Shown: in pieces, positions 1-11,573 of the stretch
Numbering within the stretch: the stretch's first letter is position 1
Layout: each line of letters opens with the position of its first letter
The notes under the pieces: model-generated
Databases searched by the model: none
The model's input: the letters and a program-made list of their open reading frames with translations, nothing else
Told to the model about the DNA's origin: nothing
Program-made: the position numbers and the translations under genes
Origin: Octopus bimaculoides
Lineage: Eukaryota
Length of the DNA: 47,827 nt
Direction: 5' to 3'
NCBI RefSeq assembly: GCF_001194135.2
Contig: NC_068998.1
Span: 29,447,337-29,495,163 of the forward strand

Positions 1-20
1 ATATATATATATATATACAT

Positions 21-181
21 GACGGGCTTCTTTCAGTTTCTGTCTACCAAATCTACTCACAAGGCTTTGATCGTCCCGAGGTTATAGTAGAAGACTCTTT
101 CTCAAGGTTCCACGCAGTGGGACTGAACCTGGAACCATGTGGTTTGGAAGCAAGTTTCTTTCCACATAGTCACGCCTGCGC
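21..181 (-). mobile_element. tRNA-derived SINE, family A, 5' half
   Basis: Minus strand has a pol III A-box-like head (gcgtgactatgtgg) and B-box-like ggttcagtccc. The body (gggcttctttcagttt..ctaccaaat..cacaaggcttt) recurs at 8.5, 11.05, 15.06, 41.08 and 41.58 kb. Confidence 0.9.
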
Positions 182-586
182 GTATATATAGTTATATATA
201 TGGGCGCGCGCGCGCACACACTAACATACATACACATACGCACGCGCGCACACACATGAAGTTGACGAGAAGAATCTCTTGTTTTGTTGTTGTTGTTGTT
301 ATCATGCAGACCTATGACGAAAACATACCAGTCATGACCATCTCATCTTAATTTCAGATAACTTCTAAGTCTACATTATCTGCTGCGTCTGTTCTTTTTA
401 AAATGATAAGGAGAACTTCGGCTGTTGTAAGCTAAGTGCCCGCCTAAAGGCTCTCTTGTTGGTTCATATGGAATCTCAGGGTTTTATATGAAACTAATTA
501 ATCTATTTAGTCTGACATTAGCTATTGTGAAATTGTAAAACTATCAGAATCGGCAGGTGGCTATGTCTCCCCCCCCCCCCCCCCCC

Positions 587-601
587 NNNNNNNNNNNNNN
601 N
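587..601. other. assembly gap (N) after a poly-C run
   Basis: N run in the sequence. Confidence 1.
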
Positions 602-1890
602 GCCACCGTCTGCTTCTGCCAGCTACACAGAAAACAAATTAGTAAAATAAAAAGATGAGAAAACTGAAAATTCTTCTTCTTTCAGTTGTTTCGTAATGAA
701 AGTGTTTAATGACGATATGTTAAAGCTGGGGCACCAAAATAGCACTGTATCGTTTGAAAGTTTTATTTAGTCTGAAGGTTTTGTACAGTCTAAAAATTTC
801 TTTATAGCCATAAGTTTTAATGCCGTCATTTTGTAAAAATGTTCGACTCTGCCGAGTTTTTAAAGCGATTTTAAATATATTTGGATGGACTCTATTGCAA
901 AATTTATAAAAATTACGATCATGACCAGTCAAACTGTGGAATATTTCAGTCTGATTCTATTTCAGATTAATTTATTTCCCTAGTGACCGAGTATCGGCAT
1001 TTAATCTTTGATGCTTTTGCTTCTCAGTGTCATTTTACTAGGCTTGTTAGGTGGTCTCAACAGCTGCATCGAACTGCTAAGGACTTTGTTGTCTCAGAGT
1101 TTATAAAGAAAATAAAGAAATTAAAAAATTGGCATCGGTTTTGGGTCAAAGGTTTATTTTCGTGGTCACGTTCAAAATCATTCTGATTACTTTTTCGTTT
1201 TGGTTATGGTGGTGATGATGGTGATGGAGCAGACTTCCGATCTTGATAGTTACTTGAGTGTTTTACTGATATGAAAGGATAAACCGGGTTATTTTTTGGG
1301 GATTTGAAATTATATTTCTACTCGAACAGAGAAAAGACGATACCAATGGTAAAGTAAGAAATCAGTTTATTGATCTACAAATATGAATGCTATTTCTAAG
1401 GTTTCATTATAGTGATAAAGTGGAATATAGCAGTGCGGAGATTTTTGGTTCTGTTTGGAGTATGTTGTTGGACATACTTCGATAGGTTGTTAATCTGTAA
1501 GGGATGAAACAATTATGTTTATCAGGCTATAAAAGGAAAATATGAGAGGACAACACTTATATACAGAAATATAGTAGAAGAGGAGTAGCTGTCATTTAGT
1601 TTACTCTGGAGAGTCGATGGATTTGTAATTTTAAAATGATCAGCAGGGAAGCTTAGTTATTCAAGCAAAGTTATTAGATATATTTAAAAAAATAGATGAA
1701 AGGCGACGTTACAGTAAACAACAGCAAAGCAAGCGTCCATTGTTGCCTTCGTTTCGGCCATGAATACTCTTGAACACTTAAAACTCTTCACGTTTCATAC
1801 ATGCCACGAGCTGTTAAAACGAATATCCTTTATCGGACTATTAATCTCATCTTTGCAAATGAAACATTCTTTAATATTTACATTTACATA

Positions 1891-2104
1891 AAGCAGCTGG
1901 CAGGATCGTTAGCACGCCGGGCGAAATGCTTAGCGGCATTTCATCCGTCTTCACGTTCTGAGTTCAAATTCTGCCAAGGTCGACTTTGCTTTTCATCCTT
2001 TCGGGGTCGATAAGATAACTATCAATTTTGCACTGAGGTCGATATAATCGACTTACCCACTCGCCCGAATTTGCTGGCCTTGTGCCAAAATTTGAAACCA
2101 ATAT
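1891..2104 (+). mobile_element. tRNA-derived SINE, family B, full length with target-site duplication
   Basis: Head gagctggcag(g/a)atcgttagc, B-box gagttcaaattc, central gtcgactttgcttttcatcctttcggggtcgataa. Flanked by direct repeat aatatttacatttaca (1873-1888 and 2100-2115). Paralogues at 11.37, 24.36 and 24.84 kb. Confidence 0.9.
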
Positions 2105-2371
2105 TTACATTTACAGATCAGTTTGATCTTTGATCATCATCTGGTGTCTTATTCCTGGACATGTACTTGGTACCGGATTGGATTCGAAATGGGAACCCTT
2201 ATTTCTAAACTAAATATATCTTATGCACTAGGTTTCTGTAATTTAAATTGATCACTAGAGAAGCTCGATCATTCAAGATATTAATACAGATTTTTTTTTC
2301 ATACATAGGCGCAAGATTTCAAATATAGGGATTTTATCAAATAGTCGATTGTACCGATTCTGTATACTGTT

Positions 2372-2482
2372 ATGGTATTTTCTTTTATCGACTCAGAAAG
2401 ATGAAATGTTAAGCTGATATCGGTAGGAATTGAACTCAGAACCAAATACCGGAAGGCATTTTGTCCGACTCTACCGATTCTG
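2372..2482 (-). mobile_element. degraded SINE family B fragment
   Basis: atcgactcagaaagatgaaa...ggaattgaactcagaacc...ggcattttgtccga aligns to the reverse complement of the family B head and centre. Confidence 0.6.
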
Positions 2483-3771
2483 TAGTAAATACTGAAACAT
2501 TTTAAAGCTCATTACTATCTTTAGTTAAGAAATAAAGGTCTGATACAAAGTACACACGCCTAGGAATAAAACATCAGATGATGATAGGAGTAATTAATAG
2601 GAGTATTACACAACATTAGGATAATTAGAAATATAAGTTAAATTTATGGTATGTGGAAAGAATTTAATATCTGAAATGTTGAAGGTTGGCTGAGCATAAC
2701 TTAATAAAAGAAAAAACAAAAAAGGGCTAGGGAGAATAGGATCCGAAGGAAGAAATGCAGCCCAAAGTATATTGTTTAGGGTCTGTCAGTCAAGTACCGG
2801 CAAGTTTAGGATGTGGTCTGCAATGTACCTGTGCAGGTGGGATGCATCATCTCAAGTGTGTGAACATTATAGGATGAACTTTTGCTTTGTGTAGCAAATT
2901 CTCGGTGGAGAAATATTTTTGCTTACTCTGAAAAAAGAATCCAACTTGATTATAGGATGTTTGCGCGATATGCATGAATAGTTAAGAAAGCTAGAAAGTT
3001 GAACACATCTACTGTGTCTAATGCATTTTAACTCTCTGTTGTTCATAAACAGAGAAACTGAAAGGGTGTGACATAGATACGTGCGCGCGCACACACATAC
3101 ACACACACACACACACACATACGCGCGCGCGCACAGACACACACAGACACACACACACACACAAATATGACGAAACGTACCACACAATAGCCCCGCTCAC
3201 TCACAGCACTGGCAACATACATAAAATACAAACACGCATCGAACACGCGTGCCTACTCATATATACTCACATGTATACATTCACTCAAACTGTAGATAAA
3301 ACTAGTTACTCCATTGGCTCTACCTATTGTCTGCGTTATGTTACTTCATATCTCACCAGATGGCGCCTTCTATCTGCTACTGATACTTAAAAAGACACGT
3401 GGCTTTGCACCTACTTGAATTGTACTAACCCCTCCCATTCTCAAATGTAGTAGCGTAGTGACCTTCCTGACATCTGTCCCGAACCCTTATCGCCAGCACG
3501 AGACCAAGTTGCCTTTCTATAATGTTTCAATCAGTTTTGCGGATGCCCTCTGTTCTTCCACAACCCTCCTTCACATCTTAAATCATAATATAGACACACT
3601 CACATACACATACATACATTTATAAAAGTACGTACATTGTCCATTTGTTATTCATTGATATATCTGTGTATGAGTGTGTAAGAGTGTGTGTATATGTGCA
3701 TATGTGTATGCTTGTGTATGAATGTGTGTGTATGTGTATGTATGTGTGTTTATATCTTCTATCTTTTACTT

Positions 3772-3952
3772 GTTTTACTCACACTACGGCCATGCTGGGG
3801 CACTCCATGAAGAATTTTGTTGAATGAATCGATCCCAGTACGTTTTTTTAAGCATCGATCCATCGATCATTTTAACCGAATCGCTAGTTTACGGGGACGT
3901 AAATACACGAACACCGGTTGTCAAGCTTCTTACCACACAGTCATGCCTGCGC
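3772..3952 (-). mobile_element. SINE family A, internally deleted copy
   Basis: The 3' module (ggccatgctggggcac...ggttgtcaagc) is joined directly to the extreme 5' head (ttcttaccacacagtcatgcctgcg). Confidence 0.8.
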
Positions 3953-3977
3953 ATATATATATGCGCAGAAGAGTAGA

Positions 3978-4027
<50 letters not shown>

Positions 4028-4028
4028 T

Positions 4029-4330
4029 ACTCTTTTACTAGTTTTGGCTTGAGAGCTACGGCCATGCCGGGGCACAGCCGTTAGTTTTGCTACACTTCCG
4101 TTACTTGAAAACCCCCTCTGATATGTGACATTTGGTGAACGAGTGAGTTCGATGTTGCTAGCCTCATCTGCGTTTCCTGCCGCGAGGTAGGTTCATCCGA
4201 AACTCTTGACAGAAGGAGATTCAGTTGTGCTTTGAAGACACATACATCCACCCCATGTAGGTCTATCAGGCTTTTTGTGGGGATATTAAAGCATTGTGAG
4301 CCCTTGAAAGCCAAGTTGTTGCATTATCTG
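4029..4330 (-). mobile_element. 5'-truncated LINE 3' end (CR1/L2 group, ORF2 C-terminus plus tail)
   Basis: Minus frame AFKGSQCFNIPTKSLIDLHGVDVCVFKAQLNLLLSRVSDEPTSRQETQMRLATSNSLVHQM resembles CR1/L2-group ORF2 C-termini (GP.LFN.LP..., FK..LD..L..VPDEP). It is followed by tail gtgccccggcatggccgtag...aaactagtaaaaga. Confidence 0.75.
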
Positions 4331-4844
4331 GTCCTGTATCTTGTGTGTATGTGTGTGTGTATGCATACATACCCAAACACTTACACATAAACACACATTA
4401 TGGAAGGAGATACAGAATAAGAAGGCGAAGACATATCTAACAAACATACAAACACGCATGCGCACACATATGTGCGAGTAGGTGTATATATATATATATA
4501 TATATATATATGTAATATAAATCCCATTCTGTGTGTGTGTAAAAGATTATAACGACCGTATTTTTCAATTGATTTTCTCCAAACTCGGAACATACATTAC
4601 TTATGTTCCAGCGATGGTTAAAATTTTTCACATAATGAGTAACGGGCACCCTGAGGGCAGAAAACACCCGTTCCTGGGTTACGTGTAGAAGGGAGGTAAC
4701 TGTTTGCGAAGTAACTTTCAGACGTTGATTCTCTCCCTTACATCCATTGGTCATAAAAAAAAAATTATATTAGATTCACGTCTTCAAAAGTTTTAAAAGA
4801 TATTTACTTCCGGTTTTCTAGCGTCAGTGACCTGTATATCTGTC

Positions 4845-4897
4845 CATCTCTATCTCTATCTATCTTTCTATCTATCTGTCTATATCTTATCTTATCG

Positions 4898-4935
<38 letters not shown>

Positions 4936-4946
4936 TTTATCTTATC

Positions 4947-5004
<58 letters not shown>

Positions 5005-5101
5005 ACCTACCTACCTACCTACCTACCTACCTACCTACCTACCTACTTACCTACCTACCTACCTACCTGCCAACCTGCCTGCCTGCCTGCCTGCCTGCCT
5101 A

Positions 5102-5146
<45 letters not shown>

Positions 5147-5150
5147 TTTA
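4845..5150 (+). repeat. compound microsatellite (TATCT)n-(CTAT)n-(CTAC)n-(CTGC)n-(CTGT)n
   Basis: Read directly from the sequence. Confidence 0.95.
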
Positions 5151-5168
5151 TTTGTCTAACTAGGTAGC

Positions 5169-5262
5169 TCTCTCTCATTCCACTCTCTCTCACCCCATTC
5201 TCTCTCACCCCACTCTCTCTCACCCCACTCTCTCTCACCCCACTCTCTCTCACCCCACTCTC
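5169..5262 (+). repeat. 15-bp tandem repeat (ctctctctcacccca) x about 6
   Basis: Read directly from the sequence. Confidence 0.9.
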
Positions 5263-5888
5263 TATATATATCTCACTCACTCTCTATTGTTTTCACTTTC
5301 ATTTTTCAGACGCTATTATTTTCACTTTAAGTTCAATCGTTATTGTTTTTACTGTATGTTTTCAATCGCTATTTACAAACAACAACGACAAATTACTGAC
5401 AGAAAGTAGTTCACAATTACTGATGAAAGTAATTTCATGCATAATTTACTGACAGAAGTAACTTCATAAATTTCACTTCAATCCATACACTTCCTTAAAT
5501 TTGCCTACAAATTTCTTATTTACTTTTGCAACGTTTTGGGTTTTTTTTTGTTGTTGACGGAATTACTGAGAAAAATAAGATCATAATTTACTGACAGAAG
5601 TGACATCAAACATTTCACTTAAATCTGTACACTTTGTTAATTTCCCTAAAGATTTCTTATCTACTTTTGCAACGGTTTTGTGATTCTCTGTTGTGAACGG
5701 TCCTTTCGATACTGGCTCTTTGGTTCACTGACAAATTTTGATTCAACCCGTACAAATCTTTATTTTCCGCAAAAATGTCTTATTCACTTTCTGCCCGTTG
5801 TATTCAGAAATATAATTTCCGTTACCCAATTATTTTCATTGATTACTATCTTCTGCCCCCGTGTATTTCTGTATACATATATATAACC

Positions 5889-6505
5889 ATGTCTAGAAGA
5901 AAATGTCAAATTTGTCTACAACGACAAGGTCAGCCAAAAGAATGTCTCTGTCCAGGGAAAGAGAGACAGCTGCCGAAAGGGAAGCATACCAAGAAAAGAA
6001 CACTGTGCACTACAAAAGCCCAAAGTGATGAACAGAGGTATGCACAGTTGACAAGGAATAGGATCTCCACTGCAGAACGAAGAACCGTTGCAACAGCCCA
6101 GAGAAGCAACTTCTATGAAGCAGTTTTCAGTTATGACCCAGTAGTTCATTATGCAGATGATACTAGAGTAGCCATTGGTGCAATGACAACTGAGTGCATA
6201 CATTGTAAAGCAAGGAAGTGGTCTGGAGAGGCACCTGCACTGTGCTGCAGTGGTAGAACGGTTAAACTCCCTGTAATCCCCCAACCTCCAGAGCCATTGA
6301 AGAAACTGTTGTCATCAACTGACCAAGATTCGAAGCATTTCCAAAACTAAATTAGACAATACAACACTTCACTACAGATGACATCACTTGGAGACACAAG
6401 AGATTTAACTGAGCCAGGATTCATGCAAACTTTCAAGATCCAAGGTCAGATTTATCGTCGGATTGGCTTTCTACTACCTCTGTCAAATGAATCACCAAAA
6501 ATCGG
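5889..6505 (+). pseudogene. Helitron RepHel N-terminal region, disrupted
   Basis: VFSYDPVVHYADDTRVAIGAMTTECIHCKARKWSGEAPALCCSGRTVKLPVIPQPPEPLKKLL...KHFQN*IRQYNTSLQMTSLG...FMQTFKIQGQIYRRIGFLLP. This is the zinc-finger plus YN..FQMTSFG and FK.QGQ.YH.IG motif set of Helitron RepHel. In-frame stop at 6348-6350. Confidence 0.9.
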
Positions 6506-6581
6506 CCTTTCACTGTTGATAATCTGTACCTGTTTTTTGGTTACGAAATAAGCCACACAAAACGCATTTTTGAATTACGTG

Positions 6582-7276
6582 NNNNNNNNNNNNNNNNNNN
6601 NNNNNNNNNNNNNNNNNNNNNNNNNNNNNNNNNNNNNNNNNNNNNNNNNNNNNNNNNNNNNNNNNNNNNNNNNNNNNNNNNNNNNNNNNNNNNNNNNNNN
6701 NNNNNNNNNNNNNNNNNNNNNNNNNNNNNNNNNNNNNNNNNNNNNNNNNNNNNNNNNNNNNNNNNNNNNNNNNNNNNNNNNNNNNNNNNNNNNNNNNNNN
6801 NNNNNNNNNNNNNNNNNNNNNNNNNNNNNNNNNNNNNNNNNNNNNNNNNNNNNNNNNNNNNNNNNNNNNNNNNNNNNNNNNNNNNNNNNNNNNNNNNNNN
6901 NNNNNNNNNNNNNNNNNNNNNNNNNNNNNNNNNNNNNNNNNNNNNNNNNNNNNNNNNNNNNNNNNNNNNNNNNNNNNNNNNNNNNNNNNNNNNNNNNNNN
7001 NNNNNNNNNNNNNNNNNNNNNNNNNNNNNNNNNNNNNNNNNNNNNNNNNNNNNNNNNNNNNNNNNNNNNNNNNNNNNNNNNNNNNNNNNNNNNNNNNNNN
7101 NNNNNNNNNNNNNNNNNNNNNNNNNNNNNNNNNNNNNNNNNNNNNNNNNNNNNNNNNNNNNNNNNNNNNNNNNNNNNNNNNNNNNNNNNNNNNNNNNNNN
7201 NNNNNNNNNNNNNNNNNNNNNNNNNNNNNNNNNNNNNNNNNNNNNNNNNNNNNNNNNNNNNNNNNNNNNNNNNNNN
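6582..7276. other. assembly gap (N)
   Basis: N run. Confidence 1.
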
Positions 7277-7323
<47 letters not shown>

Positions 7324-7365
7324 ATGGATGGATGGAAGGATGGATGGATGGATGGATGGATGGAT
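7277..7365 (+). repeat. (GT)n then (GGAT)n microsatellite
   Basis: Read directly from the sequence. Confidence 0.95.
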
Positions 7366-8035
7366 GTGTACATGTTATAATGTGGATCCTCATCCACTTG
7401 TATGTTGTTGTCGCCACTATTATGTTGTGGCGGTATTCTGCGTCTTATCTTTGACTTGTCTGTCGTACTATCGCTGATAGCTCTGCAAGTCAACGACTTT
7501 GTAACATCTCCCTTGACGTAACTCGAACTCGTATATATCACGTAACTGACACTGACTCCAACTGAGAACTCGTACAACGACTCTATTACTACTGACCTCC
7601 TTCAACAACTGACTGTCTGACTTTTTCACGTGGGAAGGAGTGTACCATTTTCACTACAACAGTACATATAAATGCAGGGCATAGTGAGGGTCATGGTTGA
7701 ATTGTCTTTGATCATAGTTCTGCTTGATTGTTCAAGGATGACCTAGAGGTAAGCAACAACTTACTCCAGATATTACTGTAATTAAAACAGCATTATACGC
7801 TCGCACTCATCCCCACACTCCTACACACACATACACACACCCACAAATATTTGTGTATTGTGATAGCGAAGTCTAGATGTTGTTATAAAACCAGCTTATT
7901 GCATGATGGACTTTAAATGTTGTTTGATAATTTCCTTCTTTTAGTGAAATGCTGCACGTGTATTTGGTTTCCAATTTGATTTAAGTGATTTAAGTGTACA
8001 TCTAGAAATTTTAAAGCGTGAACGTATGCACTTGC

Positions 8036-8036
8036 G

Positions 8037-8117
<81 letters not shown>

Positions 8118-8124
8118 TGTGTGT
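8036..8124 (+). repeat. (GT)n microsatellite
   Basis: Read directly from the sequence. Confidence 0.95.
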
Positions 8125-8295
8125 GTGAGCGCGCACCCGTGCAGATGTTAATGTGCATGTGTTTGTGTGAGGTAAATTAAATAAAATGGTTAGTTTGATA
8201 CTGGTGGTATTGTCAACATGGGTTTCATGGTATCAATAAGAGTAGTAAAAGGCGGTGAATGGCACGATCGGCAGAAATGTATTTTGAAGAATAAT

Positions 8296-8697
8296 CTTTT
8301 ATCTTTTATCCGTTTCAGTCATTAGACGACGGCCATGCTGGGTTACTACCTTGAAGAACGTTTAGTCGAATTAATCGACCCCAGTACTTATTTTGTTTTT
8401 AAAGCATGGTACTTATTCTACCGTTTTCTTTTTGCCGAACCGTTAAGTTACGAGGATGTAAACAAACCAACATCAATTGTCAAGCGTGGTGAGGGACAAA
8501 CACAGACGCAAAGACATACACACACACATGCACAATATACAACGGGTTTCTTTCAGTTTTCGTCTACCAAAATCCACTCACAAGGCTTTGGCTGACCCGA
8601 AGCTATTGTAGAAGACACTTGCCTAGGTGCCATGCTGTGGGACTGAATCTGGAACTATATGGTTGGGAATCAAACTTCTTACCACACAGTCATGACT
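8296..8697 (-). mobile_element. SINE family A, full length
   Basis: All modules present: tRNA-like head, central CA tract, ttgtcaagc module, 3' tail and (aaagat)n end. Confidence 0.9.
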
Positions 8698-10184
8698 ATT
8701 TATTCACGTCTCTATTTTCTAACTTCAAATTATGTGAAAGTTGACCTTTGTTCTTTTGTCATTTCCAAGTTCGATAAAATATGTTCTTAACACACTCGTA
8801 GATCATTTTCTACTCAATATTTAACCTAACTATAGAAAAACACTTATTGAAAATTTCTTGAGCCATTATATACAAACAGGCCTTCTAAACACTCGCTTTC
8901 GATTATAAAGATATATGAACAGCAAAATCTTCACAAAATCCACCGATGGCAAAACACCCATAGAAAGGGGCGAAATATCAGGATTTATACTAATGCTAAA
9001 CAATCAAGCCTCATTTTAAACCCTAAGAGAACTAGGAAAGGAAAGATCACCTACACCAATGCGTTCTTTAGCCAAACGTAACAAAAATATTTCCGAGCAC
9101 CAATCACCAAATATTTTCTGACCAATCACTTGTAGCTTGAGCTCTTTCATAATAATAATACTAAACTTAGCACTACACACAGAACTATTAGCATGCAATC
9201 CAGAATACGAATTTTGAAATAACTAGTAAAATTAAACCAATAGCCGGAAATAAATATAACTGCAACAAATAATAACAAGAAGGAGGGTAACAGATAGGAA
9301 GAGAAAAAATACAGTGGTCACAGTGAACGAGAAAAAAATTATACGCATACACATATAATCTCGATAACGTCGTTGAATTGTACATAACAAATACTAAGCT
9401 GATTCCTAGTACCAAATGACAAGTGTTACTACTTTTTATTCTTCATAAATTCGGCTGAAAAAATATGAGCGTTATAACTACTGATATCACCCTTCCTGTT
9501 TCTAAACCTATCAATGTAAGTTAGTTATACTAATATTTAAGGAAGAAAAATGCACTAATCAGTGTGTAATGAATGTATAATTAGAGATACATGACCTTTT
9601 ATTGTGGTAGAATGTTTCTTAAACTAGATAGCGGAAGTAAGAAGAGTATAAAATGTGACACAAACAACGAAATAAATAAAATAGAAAAACCAAGGAAGAT
9701 TAGGAAACAACTTAATTATGAAACGAATCTGCTTGAAACTTCTTAGTTCAAACGTCAAAAATAAAGAGACAGAAGCATTAAGATGGCTTAGCAGTGATGC
9801 TGGTGTTGGCTGTAATAAGGATGGTGGTGATAGTTTTGGTGTTGCGAGAAAATGAGACGAAATACGGTATAATGACCATAGGGTCAAATGTACATACAGC
9901 ATACGATCTGTTGCATTACATGGCAATGGCGACGGCTGTAGACTTAAATAAGTTTAGTCTGTCAAAACTGACTTCTAAATAGTTTGGAGGAAGAAGGCAA
10001 AAGAAGCGCTACGCAGAGTATGATTTGTTTGGTTTTGTTTGGTTTTGTTTTGCAATTTACATATATCCACCATCCAGTGACATTTGATTTTTATTTCCTG
10101 TTTTCTCTATTCTCTTTTTCTGACCTCATGTTTCTCATAATCTCCACCTTTCTCTTGGCCACACCCATCACCACCCTCCTGCCG

Positions 10185-10201
10185 CTGCCACCACCACCAC
10201 C

Positions 10202-10259
<58 letters not shown>

Positions 10260-10266
10260 CCACCAT
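10185..10266 (+). repeat. (CCA)n-(TCA)n trinucleotide repeat
   Basis: Read directly from the sequence. Confidence 0.95.
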
Positions 10267-10761
10267 CTCCTTTGTTGGTTCTTGGATTTATTTTTCTTGC
10301 TTCAGCGATTCATTACTTTTATTATGGACTTCCAGTGTGTTCTCTTGCTTGATAGCCTAAAAATACGTATATGCATGCTTATATTATGTGTTTACGTGTA
10401 TTTGTGTGTTTACGCACACCTGTGTTCAAGTGCCGAAAGACATTTAGTGAAATTTAAAAAGGCTGAAGCTATAGATCGTTAACAATCGTAAGTTCTATTT
10501 CTGGTGAGAAACTGACATGTATAAGAAAAGGAGAGACGTTTATAAAGAAATAATTTTCTCAGGCCACTGTGTTTCAGTAATAAACTCAATTGGCAAATAT
10601 AGAATTGCGGTGAACGAAATTCTCTGATATTTTACTGGAACTGCTGCTCTTCACATAATGCTTCAGAAAATGCTTCTGGCAATACTACAGTCTTCTCTCT
10701 TCAGTTATATATTGATAACATTATTAGAATGTTCATCATAGGCAAATGAGATGATTTGATC

Positions 10762-11000
10762 TTTTTTTTTTACTTCTTTCAGTCATTAGACTTTGGCCAT
10801 GCTAGGGCACCACCTTGAAGAATTTTTAGTCGAATGAAACCGACCCCAGTACGTGTTTTTTTCTTTCAAGCCTGGTGCTTGTTCTATCTGTCACCTTTGC
10901 CGAACCACTAAATTACACGGATGTAAACACACCAACACCGGCTGTCAAGCAATAGTGGAGCACAAACACAGAAACAAAAACATACACAGACAAAGACACG

Positions 11001-11037
<37 letters not shown>

Positions 11038-11205
11038 CCCACTACAAATACGATGGGCTTCTTTCAGTTTCCGTCTATCAAATCTACTCACAAGGCTTTG
11101 GGCGGGCCAAGGCTATAGTAGAAGTCACTTGCCCAAGGTGTCCCACAGTGGGACTAAATCAGGAACAATGTGGTTGAGAAGCAAACTTCTTACCACACAG
11201 TCACT
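10762..11205 (-). mobile_element. SINE family A, full length
   Basis: Colinear with 8296-8697. Confidence 0.9.
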
Positions 11206-11369
11206 TCTTATGTTTTCTACTTGATTTATCCATTTTTGCAAGAACATTAGTGACGAAAAGAATGTGAAACTATTCCACAATGGAATTGTTTCACATTGAC
11301 AGATGGTTCCCTCTGGATATACCTCAACACCGTGCCACTTACTACTTCAGAATATTAATGGCCTTTATT

Positions 11370-11573
11370 AAGGCGGTGAGCTGGCCGGATCGTTAGCAAG
11401 CCGCGCAAAATGCTTACCGGCATTTCTTCTAACTTTATATTTCAAGTTCATCCGAGGTCGTCTTTACCTTTCGGGGTTGATAAAATATTTATCATTTGAG
11501 TACTAGGGTCAGTTTAATCGACTCATCGCTCCCCTGAAGTTGTTGTCCTTGGGCCAAAAATTGAAACCAATAC
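11370..11573 (+). mobile_element. SINE family B
   Basis: aaggcggtgagctggccggatcgttagc...ggccaaaaattgaaaccaata, colinear with 1891-2104. Degenerate flanking repeat ta(t/c)taatg(gc/a)ctttatta. Confidence 0.85.

Larger units (their letters stand above)
4510..6505 (+). mobile_element. Helitron, 5' portion (left terminus, microsatellite block, start of RepHel)
   Basis: RepHel-type coding at 5.9-6.5 kb. Upstream sequence starts like animal Helitron 5' ends (tataaatcccattctgtgtgtgt...ttttcaattgattttctccaaactcggaaca). The left boundary is approximate. Confidence 0.65.

Noticed and set aside
2520-2880. Possible decayed LINE 3' end on the minus strand (FFPHTI-like)
   Set aside because: A single short motif; too degraded to support.
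2867-5159. ORFs rich in HT, VC, YI, LS or PTYL repeats here and throughout the window
   Set aside because: They are translations of microsatellites.
6510-7577. Long ORF-track entries here and across the other gaps (21165-21767, 25204-25914, 26440-27029)
   Set aside because: They are open only because of N runs and flanking (CA)n/(GT)n.
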